NCBI RefSeq assembly: GCF_006345805.1
Contig: NC_043009.1
Location: 36,890,001 to 36,954,000 of the forward strand
Reading direction: 5' to 3'
DNA length: 64,000 nt
Source of the DNA: Octopus sinensis
Taxonomy: Eukaryota
Shown piece by piece: positions 1 through 13,181 of the stretch (positions are counted from its first letter, which is position 1; every line of letters starts with the position of its first letter). The notes beneath the pieces were generated by a model. It did no database searches. It was not told the origin of the DNA and saw only the letters and a program-made list of their open reading frames with translations. The translations under genes and the position numbers were made by a program.

Positions 1-268
1 TTCAGTAAATTCTGAAAATTTATTTAGGAGATGTAATTGTAAATATTACATTACATGCTGGTGTATGGCTGAGATCCAAATTGCAGGTAACCTTTCAACT
101 TGCCCCGAAACGAGATGTCAAAACGCAGCTGCGTTGTATGTCGTGGGTGGCGGTCGCAAACAATTGTCGTGAAAACCGAAATGCACGTGCATCCCGAAGA
201 GGTGCATTATAGGTATTATTATCAACTTGAACCGCGTTTCTGGCATTCGTAATTTGGATGCATCAGGT

Positions 269-488
269 ATGACCCGATTGTCAACAGCGCAGAGAGAACA
301 AGCTATCGGCCGGTTGCAAGCAGGGCAGCGTGACCTGGTTGTTGCGGACAACTCGTGTGGAACTGGAGATAGCTTTACTCAGGGTGTGGGCACAGGTGCC
401 AATGGCTTTTGTGGACCGCTTCGTGCACTCCATGTACCGACGGTGTATGGCCGTTTTAAACACTCAGAGAGGGCATACACAATATTGA
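269..488 (+). mobile_element. Internally deleted Tc1-like transposase remnant
   Basis: ATG at 269 reads MTRLSTAQREQAIGRLQAG (Tc1 N-terminal HTH). In another frame, 360-488 reads ELEIALLRVWAQVPMAFVDRFVHSMYRRCMAVLNTQRGHTQY*, a typical Tc1 C-terminus. The DDE core is missing. Confidence 0.8.
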
Positions 489-589
489 ACGCCCTCCAAT
501 CTCGATGTGGTTGATCCGCCCACTAACAGAACATATGACAACGACCCATACACTGTGGTTAACCTACATCCAAGAAATTGACTTTATCA

Positions 590-1390
590 GATTCATCAAA
601 ATTCATCACTGATTTATTGTATTCAGATGACTGTGGCATAATAACCCATTCAGTCAGAGACGTGCAGCACCTAATATTTAAAATTAGCTAACAATAACTT
701 TAGATAAAACTGTTGTCATGTTTCAACCAGCTTCCAGACATTGTCCTTCAAAACAGAAAACCGAATGATGTAGATAGATTTACATATCTTAGAAGTGTGC
801 TGAATCGTGTTTCTTCTTTAGATCATAAAATAGCGGACCGTTTTCAAAAAGGATCTCAGTTTTTCAAGAGTCTTGAAGAGCGAGTTTGGTCTAATAGAGA
901 TATTACCAAAAGTACAAAGGTTGCAGTGTACAGAACTTGTGTACTTTCATCCCTTCTTTATTCATATGAGACACGAGTGGTACAGAGGAAGCACCTCAAA
1001 TTACTAGAACGATTTCATCAGCGATTATTGCGCTCTATACTGAAAGTCAAATGCGCGAACAAAGAACCAGATTCTGAAATATTTGAGTGTGGCGGTGGGA
1101 ATAGCATTGAAATTGAAAGTCACTGACACTGGCTTTGCCAAATTGGTTTTTGATAAGGGAACCTAATCAACGTATGCCCAAACGACTGCCATTTGTTCAG
1201 ATAAAAGGAGCAAAGACATCACAGTGTAAACCAAAATAGCGTTTCAAAGATGAAATAAGTAGCTCTCTAAAGAGCTTCAATATGATGCATGCTAACGGGA
1301 AGGGTGATGTAACGGACCGACCAAAATGGAGGAGAAAATCTGAGAGCGTGCTGCCTTGTTCAAGGGTAATAAGCAGAAGCATGCACTGAT
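590..1390 (+). mobile_element. Degenerate RTE-clade LINE, 3' part of RT and thumb
   Basis: LLYSDDCG motif near 615-640, then FTYLRS...KVAVYRTCVLSSLLYSYET...LERFHQRLLRSILKV (ORF 713-1126). Stops and frameshifts follow downstream. Confidence 0.85.
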
Positions 1391-1662
1391 AAAGGAAAGG
1401 ATTTGCTATTGGCCAATGATTGTTCCTCACTAACTTGTAATACCTGCAACTGTATTTGTCTCTTCCCAAAGCGGAAGCATGTATATGTCTTCTACTGACT
1501 TTTCACAATTACAGTCAGCTGAATTAGATTGCTGTGTTTGCAAAGAAATCTGCAGAAGTAAATCTGGATAAACAAAGCACAAAAAATGTCACGGCAATTT
1601 CCAGCAGTCTTTACAGTGAAGTCAAGCATTTTCACGTCGTCTGTGTAATACAATTTTGTAAA

Positions 1663-2058
1663 GGAGGCGCAATGGCCCAGTGGTTAGGGCAGCGGACTCG
1701 CGGTCATAGGATCGCGGTTTCGATTTCCAGACTGGGCGTTGTGAGTGTTTATTGAGCGAAAACACCTAAAAAAGCTCCACGAGGCTCCGGCAGGAGATGG
1801 TGGTGATCCCCGCTGTACTCTTTCACCACAACTTTCTCTCACTCTTACTTCCTGTTTCTGCTGTACCTGTATTTCAAAGGGCTAGCTTTGTCACTCTCTG
1901 TGTCACGCTGAATATCCCCGAGAACTACGTTAAGGGTGCACGTATCTGTGGAGTGCTCAGCCACTTACACGTTAATTTCACGAGCAGCCTGTTCCGTTGA
2001 TTCGGATCAACCGGAACCCTCATTGTTGTAACCGACGGAGTGCTTCCATCATCCATCC
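1663..2058 (+). mobile_element. tRNA-headed SINE, family A, full length
   Basis: Head GGAGGCGCAATGGCCCAGTGGTTAGGGCAGCGGACTCGCGGTC with A/B-box-like motifs. 13-bp TSD ACAATTTTGTAAA at 1650-1662 and 2059-2071. Near-identical copies at 24361, 31248, 42901 and 52303. Confidence 0.92.
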
Positions 2059-2264
2059 ACAATTTTGTAAATCTCTTCCCGGACAAAGGAGGCATTTTAG
2101 ATCACACAAATAATGATAAGCTGTAAATATTCAGCTCCATGTTGCTTGCAAATCTGTGTGCTGTTGGTTTTTAACTAGTCTGGTGTCAATGTGTATGCAG
2201 TCTGTCAGTGCTGGTGTTGAGAAGAGTCATACTCGATTAACGAGACGATAACCATCACTTGTGT

Positions 2265-2737
2265 ATACATACATACATACATACATACATACATACATAC
2301 ATACATACATACATACAAACATACATACATACATACACACATACATACATACATACATACATAGTTATTTTATATTCTGTTAAGAACGTAGTAGTGTACA
2401 GTATAAAGCTCGTCCACCTTGAAATTTCACCCTGAGCTATCCAGTAATAGTATTATACGTACTTGCAGGTTTGCGTTTGGACTTCTGTCGTGTGTGAATA
2501 GATAATTGAAAAACATTTGTAGTCAACAAGAAAGAGAACAGTTTGATATTTATTTTCAATCACTACAATCGTGTCTATGCAGCCTAGTTCTCCGGGCATG
2601 CAGGTACTTGGTTATGCAACCGCTTACCTGCATTATGAGATCTAGTTGTGTTTCCTCAGGCGATATGTATATATTGTCTCCGCAAGTTCAAACTTTCGGC
2701 TTCAAAAGTATCTTCTGTGTCTGTCGTGGCCTGAAAT

Positions 2738-2775
<38 letters not shown>

Positions 2776-2814
2776 TATATATATGAAAATATAATTATTG
2801 ATAAATAATAATGC

Positions 2815-2868
<54 letters not shown>

Positions 2869-2879
2869 TGATAATAATC

Positions 2880-2931
<52 letters not shown>

Positions 2932-3171
2932 TAATAATAATAATAATATAAGTGGCTAGCAAACATAAAAACCAAGAAGGTAAAATTTATAAATTCATAA
3001 TTAAGGGTACAAGATAGTGTCAGCATTGCTAGAAATAAGAGTCGAAAAACACTCACATAAGCCGCAATACCACTCAAAATTTAACAAATCTTCAGTGATA
3101 TTGGGGTTTATTTGGGTATTTTTCGACTCCTATTTCTAGTAACGCTAACACTATCTTTACCTTAATTATAA

Positions 3172-3259
<88 letters not shown>

Positions 3260-3273
3260 ATATATATATATAT

Positions 3274-3357
<84 letters not shown>

Positions 3358-3665
3358 TTAAGTTCAAAAACACACAATATAAGCACAAAGAGAAAACAGA
3401 CACAGAAGGTCGCCAAGTTCTAATATATGTATATATATAAATATATATATATATATACATACATGCATATATATATATTATATTATATATAATATATATA
3501 TATATTATATGTATATATATATATATGTATATATATTACACACGCACGCGCACACACACACTCACACACCCCACCACACACACACACGCACACACACACA
3601 CACACACACACATACACATATACACACACGCACGCGCACACACAGACACAGACACATACACACAC
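2265..3665. repeat. Microsatellite cluster: (TACA)n, (TAG)n, (TAA)n, (TA)n, (CA)n
   Basis: Visible tracts at about 2265-2361, 2738-2775, 2806-2950, 3175-3355, 3420-3540 and 3540-3665, with short unique spacers. Confidence 0.97.
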
Positions 3666-4429
3666 AACTGGGTATGTATATACTTATTCACAAGACAGAC
3701 TCACCTAAATAGTTTCAGATAATCATTTGGATTAAAAAAATATGACTAACTTCGGGATAATGTGCCAGGTATGTTATATACAAATCTCTATACACATCAC
3801 TATTCAACGGTTTACATTCTGTTAATCTTACATCTCTTTATCCATATGGCGGCCTTGGCAACTGTAACAACGGCTTTAAGAAGGATTAATAACAGATTAT
3901 TCTGTGATGTGGGACTTCGTTCTATCAAACCTGCTGAAATGACCTGATGGTTAATTATTATTAACCTTGTAATTTATTACGGATTTGAATTATCAATGAC
4001 GATTTCAGTTTGGAGAACACTTTTGCATCACGGTCTGCCTATCAGTATAGCGTATGAAGCGCTGGTTTTAGGCACAAACGTGAAACTTACTGAGAAAGAT
4101 ATTGCTTGTGGTGTATATTGCAGTCCTGTTTCAGCCCTTCTGTATTTTGCAGGCCTCATATCCCACTTTGGCTTCAACTAGGTCTCTCATCCCTTTGAGG
4201 TCATTAAACACGAATTACTAATGAGATAGTAAAGGGTTCGTTAATCTATGCCACAACCACCACCACCACCACCACCGTCATCGTCACTATTGTCGTCGTC
4301 ATGGTCATTATCATCATCATCATCATCATCACCCTCCCTTCACTAGATCTTATTGTCTCAAGTCTTTGTTTTCATAAGGCCGGTTCACTCAGTTTCCAGT
4401 GCGTATCATTAATATACCCATTGAACGGA

Positions 4430-4590
4430 ATGTCAAACCGTCGCAAAGTTACTCATTTACAACTGCGTTGACTTGAGTAACGTGAAATAAAGTGTTTTGC
4501 TCAAAACAACGCACCGACCGACCAATCCAGGAATCGGAACATCGTTCTTGTAAACAGTGAGTTCAATAACTACATCACCATGCCATGAGC
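4430..4590 (-). mobile_element. Degenerate SINE, family E (CORE-like motif)
   Basis: Reverse strand contains TTTTGAGCAAAACACTTTATTTCAC...AAATGAGTAAC, matching the copy at 23900-24195. Confidence 0.6.
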
Positions 4591-4799
4591 CTTCACTGCC
4601 ATCAGCGCAACCTCCCAAATTTGTGGTCTTTTCGCAGTATTATAAGGTGAGTAGGGATCATGGATTAGTAGGGCCGACTGAATGTAGGGCGAAGTGCTGC
4701 TGCGTTTATTTCGGCTTTGAGTTATCAATAATTTTTAATCGTATCTGATATTATTGTTTTCAAATTCTGGCACATGGCCAGCAATATCAGGGGAGGCGG

Positions 4800-4955
4800 A
4801 AAATCGATCACATAGACCCCTAGTATTCAATAGGTACTTATTTTATCGACTCTGAAAGGATGAAAGGTAAAGTCGACCTCAATGGAATTGGAACTTAAAG
4901 AGTAAAGATGGACGAAAAGCATTTTGCCCGGCGTGCTAACGATTCTGCCAGCGGG
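4800..4955 (-). mobile_element. SINE family B, degenerate fragment
   Basis: GGTACTTATTTTATCGACTCTGAAAGGATGAAAGGTAAAGTCGACCTC and TTTTGCCCGGCGTGCTAACG match the family B body and head in reverse. Confidence 0.8.
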
Positions 4956-5039
4956 CTGCTCTCATGTCTGATATTATTACAATTTATTTTGTTATTTCTG
5001 CTCAGATGGCTTCATAATTTTAGTTTATTAAAGGTTTTG

Positions 5040-5336
5040 TTTGTTCCTTCTCGAGCCATCCCTGGCTCATAAGGGCCGGTTCCGGTTTCCTTGACGTATG
5101 GGTTCCCCACCTGGACGGGACGCCAGTCTGTCGCAGATGAGCTGCAAGATGCAGAAGGAAAGTGTGAGAGAAATTTGTGGCGAAAGAGTCAGCAGAAGTT
5201 CGCCATTACCTTCTGCGGGAGCCGCGTTGTGCTTAGGCGTTTCGTTTATAAACACACACATCACCCGGTCTGAGATTCGAACCCCCGATTCCTCGACCGC
5301 GAGTCTGCTGCTCTAATCACTAGGTCATGTGCTTCC
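5040..5336 (-). mobile_element. tRNA-headed SINE, family F (family A head and body, different tail)
   Basis: Minus strand reads GGAAGCACATGACCTAGTGATTAGAGCAGCAGACTCGCGGTC...CTCTTTCGCCACAAATTTCTCTCACAC, like family A. It then continues with an unrelated tail GACAGACTGGCGTCCCGTCCAGGTGGGG...GAAGGAACAAAC. Confidence 0.75.
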
Positions 5337-6334
5337 ACTTATTAAATGTAATTTTAAATATTTATCTTCGATGCAGCTTTTTTGCTTCTCTAAAATACTA
5401 ATCAATACCAACCAATATTAGGATAAATTACTAAAACGTCACGGCTATTAACTAATTATTAGGGCTAATTAACTAAAAATTGGTCTAATTCAATACCATT
5501 AAAAAATTAGGCCCAATAATTATGGGTAATGTACCAACGCTCAGTCTGGGTCCCGATTTCCCCTCTAGGTTTCTTTCTGTGGTCACTCCGACTTGCTAGA
5601 GATTTCAGTCAAACTTTACTCAAACTGAACTTTATTGTCCTGTGAAAGAAGACATTTTAGACAATGTTATCCTTGATAAAACTATGCTTCAATATATACT
5701 CTCCAAAAAGTGGTGATGGTCATGCTTGGAATGGCTTTGATGATAGGTCTACTGGACCAGAGCTGATTTGTGACTGAACAACAAGAATACAACGAATAGA
5801 CATATACTCTATTAACAACAACAAATCTCGTGGCAGGAATAGAAATAATATTTAATCAAAGTTTTTGGCTGAGAAGTTAATAATTGAAGATGTGTAACGT
5901 ATTTAGTAGAATCACCAATTATTTCAAAGAAATAACCATTACCTTTTTATTTACTGGTGTGAAACTTTTTATGACATTTCGTTTTCTATGGAACAGGTTT
6001 CAGTTTTCGTATCATCTTCAGCTCATCAAATATATATTTGGATAGAAGTGGTTGACGTTGTATGGAAGTGTGTCCGGTTGGAAAGATGTGCATCAAGTAT
6101 TTAATATTCACGAAACAGAATAAAGGACACAATTCGATAAAGAGTTAAAACGTTTTCCCATTAACCATGAACAAACAAAAGCGGCCACCTCAGCTTTTGT
6201 ACTGTTTGAGAAAAAGCAGAGTAGACAGTCAGTGAATCAATTAAGCAAACAAACCTGGTGAAGGTATGACTACCAATTTTTAGCTGGTTGGATATGAAAA
6301 ATGCTTAGTACTACCGTTGTAAGACTATTAATGC

Positions 6335-6426
<92 letters not shown>

Positions 6427-6475
6427 CTATCTCTCTCTCTCTCCATATATATGTATATATATATATATATATATA

Positions 6476-6850
6476 GGCGCAGGAGTGGCTGTGTGGTAAG
6501 TAGCTTGCTTACCAACCACATGGTTCCGGGTTCAGTCCCACTGCGTGGCATCTTGGGCAAGTGTCTTCTGCTATAGCCTCGGGCCGACCAATGCCTTGTG
6601 AGTGGATTTGGTAGACGGAAACTGAAAGAAGCCTGTCGTATATATCTATATATATATATATATATGTATGTGTGTATATGTTTGTGTGTCTGCGTTTGTC
6701 CCCCTAGCATTGCTTGTTTACGTCCCCGTAACTTAGTGGTTCGGTTAAGTACTTGGCTTACAAAGAATAAGTCCCGGGGTCGATTTGCCCGACTAAAGGC
6801 GGTGTTCCAGCATGGCCGCAGTCAAATGACTGAAACAAGTAAAAGAGAGT
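6476..6850 (+). mobile_element. SINE family C with CORE-like motif and internal microsatellite, full length
   Basis: Head AGGCGCAGGAGTGGCTGTGTGGTAAG, CTTGGGCAAGTGTCTT motif, internal TA/TG tract at about 6640-6695, tail CCAGCATGGCCGCAGTCAAATGACTGAAACAAGTAAAAGA. Many other copies in the window. Confidence 0.9.
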
Positions 6851-7491
6851 AAAAGAGATATATAAATATATATACGCACACACAAATACTGTTATGATTG
6901 TGAACGAGAAGTCTTTTAACCTTGGCAAAGTACTCGAAAGCATAGGGCCACAAACAAGATAGCGTATTAAAATATTACAAAATAGTATAATGTATACCGT
7001 TATCTAATCAGTTTAAATCACTTATCAGTAAAAGAAGATTATATTAATAAGTAATTCGAAATATCTGAATTATTAATTAACTTAATCGCTCGAGATACTG
7101 CTTACCGTGCTCAGTTTATCTGCTGATATAGAGTTAGTGGTTAACAGTTGAGGACTGTAGGACTGACTCGGCGTTAAAAATGTTAAAAGTACTCTGCTTC
7201 AATTCAGCGTATGTGTGTGTGCGTGTGTTTATATACATATAGCATATATGTATCTATTTTATTATGGTAAATTAATGTTTGTTATGCCATTTTCCGTATA
7301 AAATGCTATTAAACATTAATCTAAAAGAATACTCAATGCATTGTAGAGTATATATTTATTCAAATTTATGAGGATAAAATTTCATAGTGACTTCCAAGTT
7401 TCAGGTTACACACAGTCTGACGAAAGCTAGCATCTGAAACTTTGAAGTGATCGTCAAGCTTTTCCTTGGAACAGTTAATATGTTTGTGTGT

Positions 7492-7546
<55 letters not shown>

Positions 7547-7569
7547 TATGCGTGTGTGTGTATATATTT

Positions 7570-7800
7570 ACTATATAAAATCCGTTCTGTCTGTCTGCGT
7601 GTGTGTCTTCTGGGATCTCGAACATCCTCCACCCGATTGCGCTCAAATTTGATATGTAGATACCGACGGTATCAGGGCGTGTATAAAAATTACAAAAATC
7701 GATTCCAGATGAGAATGCGATCGATAAAGCCGTGGGAACGTGCATTTGTACGCGCAAGTACATCAGCTGTTGCGATCGATACTACGCGTACGCGAGAAAA
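7570..7800 (+). mobile_element. Possible non-autonomous Helitron/HINE-like 5' segment
   Basis: TATATAAAA followed by TGTCTGTCTG, then ATCTC...CCGATT...CTCAAATTTG, resembling the 5' modules of invertebrate Helitron-derived repeats. Pattern recognition only. Confidence 0.45.
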
Positions 7801-8769
7801 ATGCATATATATATATATATATATAATATATATATATATTATATATATATATATATTATATATATATATATATACATATATACATACATACATACATATA
7901 TACATACATACATGCATACATACATATGTGTCTCTGTGTGTAAATGTGTATTCGCGCGTGTGTGTGTGCGTGTAAGCGTGTGCGTGCATAAACGCGGTTA
8001 CAGAGAAAACTATGAACTATATTTCATTGGCGTGTTACTCTGGAGCTTCTATGGTGTGCATCTGCTTCTTTACATAACCCAAATTAAGATCAGTACGAAT
8101 TTATCTAAAAAAATTTAGTCGTGAATTACTCAGCATAATTTGCTGTGTACTCGACATAATTTTCTCAGTACTTCTCAAACAAGCGTTTTGTTAATGTAAT
8201 CGTCCGTCTAGTAACAGCGTGACACTGCCTATATCTAAAATAACTCTTCTAATTACATACACAGCAATCATCCTTGGGGTTTCCACACAGTTTCCACCTA
8301 CGGAATTCCTGTTACAAGACTGGGATTGCCATGAATTTGATGCAACCGAGAAGGATCGATGTCAAGTATTTAATTATATTACACATACACACACACACAC
8401 ACACACAAGAACACACGCACACACACAAACATACACACATAGACACAGGGATGTTGAATTGCAACTAACCTGAATTCCAGTCGGGGGTGTCCTAAAATTA
8501 ATATGACATTACTTATTGGAGAGAACCTATTAGATACAATATATATGAAATATTTATAAATTGTTCTATGTGGATAGAACCGTGATGTTATTTATTAATT
8601 AACTACCCTCGCCCACCCCCTCACGTTCAAGAATTAAGGTTAATAATCGGCAAATAATTATTTAATGGTTGGTTGGTAGATCCGCACGCAAACATAAACA
8701 TATCACACGAAACTATTGAGGGACATCCCTCATACATACGATAGCATTAAGAATGAGTCAATATAGCTA

Positions 8770-9370
8770 GCGTTTCAAATATAGCAAGCGAAGTAGAAAC
8801 TTCAGCTAAGAGGAATGCCCTTATTACACTCAAGGATGTTAAACCCAACTGTCTGATTAAACCAGTTATATCAGAAATTTCACCGATGAAAAAGGATATA
8901 TTAAGGAAGATAAATGACGAAATAATAAAGGCAATCCTTCTTTACGTATGGTATAACACCACTGAAGTACTTTCCTGGTTTAAGGTGAGTCAGAGTAAAG
9001 GCAGAGCAAGGTTCACCTAATTGGATATAGTGAGTTTTTTAACCGTCAACAACAAAATGGTTACTAATAAAGAATCGTATTTTCGCTAAGAAGTTTACCG
9101 TTAGCGAAAGAGAATAGGGGTGATAATGTACTCCAGACAAAGTATGTTGTTCAACAAAGGTTTGTCCTAGGTCAAACAAACTGATCCACAAATCTCATTC
9201 GATGTGGTAATGGGAGCATTCGATAGCGCCGATATCTGCGACGTCATAGTATTATTTATACTTGACACCATAAGAAGAAATTCCCGGCAAACTGCTTTGG
9301 CCTATACAGGGATTGCACAGAGTTAGGAAACACCTGATTCGCATACTTAAATCCCTTGGACTTAAGGCAG
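8770..9370 (+). mobile_element. Penelope-like element RT remnant
   Basis: Broken frames read ALITLKDVKPN..LIKP..SEIS....ILRKIN..I.......W.NT.EVLSWFK, LDIVSF, FDVVMGAFDSADICD and LYRD. These follow the PLE RT motif order (ITLKDHK, FDVTMGSFDGAE.C, GLYRDD). Confidence 0.8.
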
Positions 9371-9559
9371 TTCTATATTTAAAGATGAGGAATTATGTAC
9401 ATTATTTACATTTGACGGATATTTGTCCTCATCTTGTTAGAATCGAACTACACTCTTTGAAATTTGCACTAAGAAAAAGATAAAATTACTACCTGCTTTT
9501 ATAGCAAGTTGATACAAGTAGTTTACCCCGTCCCTTTCCGACTTTTAGTTCATGCAACT

Positions 9560-9628
9560 GAAAAAACCTTGGACCGAACAAAGCCTTGTGAGTAGATTTG
9601 GTAGACGGAAACTGAAAGAAACTTGTCG

Positions 9629-9667
<39 letters not shown>

Positions 9668-10355
9668 GTATGTATTATGTATGTATGTATGTATGTATGT
9701 ATGTATGTGTGTTCGTGAGTGTGTGTTTGTATGTGTATGTGCTTGTGTGTCTGTGCGTGTGTGTATGCGTGTGTCACTTTCTGTCTATGCTTGTTCTCCA
9801 AAACCGCTTGAAAACGGTGTTGGTATGCTTACGTCCCCGCATATTAGTGCTTCACCAGAATATGCCGATAGAATAAGTACAAGTCTTGAAATAAAAAAAA
9901 GAAAAGAAATTTATATTTCCTGTTCGAAATATATAGATTTCAAAGAGACAACAAATCACTGATCCATAAAATAGAAAATTACTATTTGTAAATCTCTCAA
10001 CGAGAAATATTCAGCAATAGTACTCTAGAGTACAGATTATTTACCAACATATCATGGCAGTCCTGGTTTAGGACAAATGTTGCTGTAATTTAGCCCCAGG
10101 AGATATTGTCTCCAGCTGGCTATACAACACAATCTGTGTCCTTATATTTTCGAACAAGGATATTTAGCCCTCCCACTCAGCTCAAAACAATAATACTACT
10201 CTCGTAACTTAGCAGTTCGGCAAAAGAGACCAATAGAGTAAATATTAGGCTTACAAAAAATAAGTCTTGAGGTCGATTTCTTCGTCTAAAAGATCTCTAA
10301 GGTGGTGCTCCAGCATGGCCGCAATCATATGACTAAAGCAAGTAAAAGAATAAAA
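9560..10355 (+). mobile_element. SINE family C pieces (9560-9900 and 10195-10355)
   Basis: GATTTGGTAGACGGAAACTGAAAGAA plus microsatellite plus TTACGTCCCCG, then a separate 3' fragment ending CCAGCATGGCCGCAATCATATGACTAAAGCAAGTAAAAGA. Confidence 0.8.
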
Positions 10356-10582
10356 GAATATTTATTCATATATAGGTATATGTGTGTGTGTGTGTATGTG
10401 TGTGAGTGTATGTGTGTGAATGTGTTTGTGACTGTGTGAGTGTGTTTGTGTATGTGCACATGTGTGTGTATGCGTGTGTGTGCGTGCGTGCATGTGTTTG
10501 CATTGTCTGTGCGTTTCGATTGACAATCATTGTATCGCTTGAAAGACTATCAAAATGGCTGCAAATAATCTAGTAGCAACAC

Positions 10583-10750
10583 TATAGCTGTTTAGTCGGC
10601 GATATGATCTAAGGCTTCGAAGTTGACTATCTAGCCGGCGGAAAAAATACTATTAAGGTGGCCATTTAACCGGCGAAATTGCCTGACATTGTCAAGTTGG
10701 CTATTTAATCGGCGAAATAATCTGACGCTACTAAGACGGCTATTTAGCAA
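10583..10750. repeat. Degenerate ~39-bp minisatellite, 4-5 units
   Basis: Recurring GGCTATTTAA(C/T)CGGCGAAAT..CTGAC....AAG unit. Confidence 0.7.
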
Positions 10751-11080
10751 TATGGTTTACTTAGTGTATTCTCCAAGGAGTTCCAAACAAACATCTTAAC
10801 CTAATTCCTTTTTTTTTTTTCTCAAAGAAATATTCCTGTCACTTTTACAGATGCTGGAAAAATTATACGCATATTTGTCTGGTTTGGAAAACCCTGTAAT
10901 AAACAGTGAACAGGAGTTTTGAAAGGGGTGAAGGAGTCTGCAGAAATATATAAAATAAGGGGCAATGTGTGAACTTTCTGAAAGAGGCTTAAAGGGTAAA
11001 GCAACAGTGAAACATCTTTGACGTATATTGAGAACCCATTAAGAGTCACTATACATATACATACATACATACATACATAT

Positions 11081-11226
<146 letters not shown>

Positions 11227-11381
11227 TATATATACATCCATATTTAGCTATTAGAGGATCACTTTTCAACCACTATATGCACCATCATCATCTGCAATGA
11301 TATGAATGTATGATGGGTAATTTGATAGATACACGAATTACACTGCATATATATGTATATGCTTATCTATCTATCTATCTT

Positions 11382-11418
<37 letters not shown>

Positions 11419-11467
11419 TTATCTACCTATCTATCTATATATGCACTGTAACTCGTTAATCGATCAT

Positions 11468-11498
<31 letters not shown>

Positions 11499-11871
11499 GA
11501 TACATATAATGTATGTATAAATATGTACCTATATATACATATACATATACATAAACCCACATATATATATATAACTATATTCATATATGTATGTGTATAT
11601 ATGTATGCATATATATTTGTGCGTGTGTGTGTGAGAGAGAATGCGTGTATGCGCAAGTGTGTAAACTCGGACATACACATACACTCACACTCGCACAAAT
11701 ATAGCTGAGAAACTGTTCACGAATAACTAAATAAACACATAAATAATATAGTGTTATATAAATAGCATTTAATGTTTCATAATACTCTTCCGCAGTTACA
11801 TACACAGACGCGCTGATACATACATGCACACATACATACATATGTATACATGCATACATACATATGTATAC

Positions 11872-11922
<51 letters not shown>

Positions 11923-11942
11923 TGTGCGTATGTGTATGTATG

Positions 11943-11981
<39 letters not shown>

Positions 11982-12748
11982 GAATATACGTGTATGCATA
12001 TATGTGTCTATGATATATGCGTGTGTTCTTATTTCAGGAGAACAGATGTCGATGACGCCCTTAAAAGAGAACGCATTATTTAACAATAGAGAATGTGATA
12101 CAGGGTGGTATTCCGAGGAGAGTTTAACGATAATACAAAAGTATAAGGGTCGGATGTGTTGGATGGGTGTAGGGTTATATATCTGACGATTCTGAATGCT
12201 TGTTATAAATACACAGAAATTTTCTTGAATATTTATTTATGATTGTTAATTTGAAATAAGCTTTCATGTAGAAATCTGTCGAAAATTGCTTGAGAAAGTG
12301 GAAAAAAAATGGACCACGATATGAAGTCATAGAGTTGCTGATGGTCGCCATATCTGTTACAAATGATATCACATACCACACGCAAATAACGATTCAAAAT
12401 ATTTCTTTTATTTTTTTTCTTTCTGCCTTTTGTTAGGCTAAGTAAGCTAAGGTGGTCGAGTGGCAAAACTATTGAGCACCGATCACATTTTCTTGTTAGA
12501 TCTGTTTAAGCTTTGGGTGTTCTACTAATTATTCAATTTCAATTCTTATTTTTTAAAGACGCATGCCGTGTATTTCTTTTTTTTTTCTTCCCTCGGATTT
12601 TTGTTTTGGAGATGTAGCATATTTTAGAAAGCAATTTAGCTCTTATCAGGTGTTATTCTACATCTTTGTGCATTTTGATTCGAGACGAATGTTCTTAGGG
12701 TCTTCATTCAAGAATAAATTTTCTTTTGACACGATTTAAAATTTAATG

Positions 12749-13181
12749 GGATCTTTTCGGTTTGAACGGCAGTTTTTTCTAGCGGTGTCATATGAAATTG
12801 TCACCCATAATTATGATCCTAGTATCGATCTATTGCATTTCTGTTTGTTTTAGGGTTAGGATTAGTTAGGGTTAAGGGTGGGGGGAAGGGTATATATATT
12901 TTTCTTCACAAATGTAAATAAACTCAATCTGTTTCTTAAACGAGGGACATATTCATACGGCACAGAATGGTTTTTTTGTACCTCAATAGACGTCAGTGAT
13001 TGGTTGAAATTGCAGAAATTGAAGAAAAAAAACAACAAATATCTTACGAACTATAGAATTTTCTGAATAAAGCCAAGAGAACAAGATGTTTTATAAACAT
13101 ATTCTACCAGTATACGAAGTTCAAAATTTTTTAGTTACCTAGAAATTATGTTAAAAACTGCCGTTCAAACCGAAAAGATCT
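12749..13181. mobile_element. MITE with 28-bp perfect TIRs and 8-bp TSD
   Basis: GATCTTTTCGGTTTGAACGGCAGTTTTT (12750-12777) is the exact reverse complement of 13153-13180. ATTTAATG flanks both ends (12741-12748, 13182-13189). Confidence 0.92.

Noticed and set aside
1663-1735. tRNA gene call for SINE heads
   Set aside because: The heads continue directly into SINE bodies, are bounded by TSDs and lack a proper acceptor stem or terminator.
5990-6022. Minus-strand CTGAAGA...GAAAC..GTT, hammerhead-like
   Set aside because: Stem II cannot pair and stem I needs an indel. At most a badly decayed copy.
7416-7445. Plus-strand CTGACGA-AAGCTAGCATCT-GAAAC
   Set aside because: No stem III or NUH triplet follows, and stem II pairs only if a deletion is assumed.
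12037-12466. Acceptor ttcttatttcag at about 12036 and minus ORFs 12175-12466 as possible exons
   Set aside because: No recognisable protein, weak donors and conflicting strands.
12850-12880. TTAGGG-like run as an interstitial telomere
   Set aside because: Only a few imperfect units, and they lie inside the MITE.
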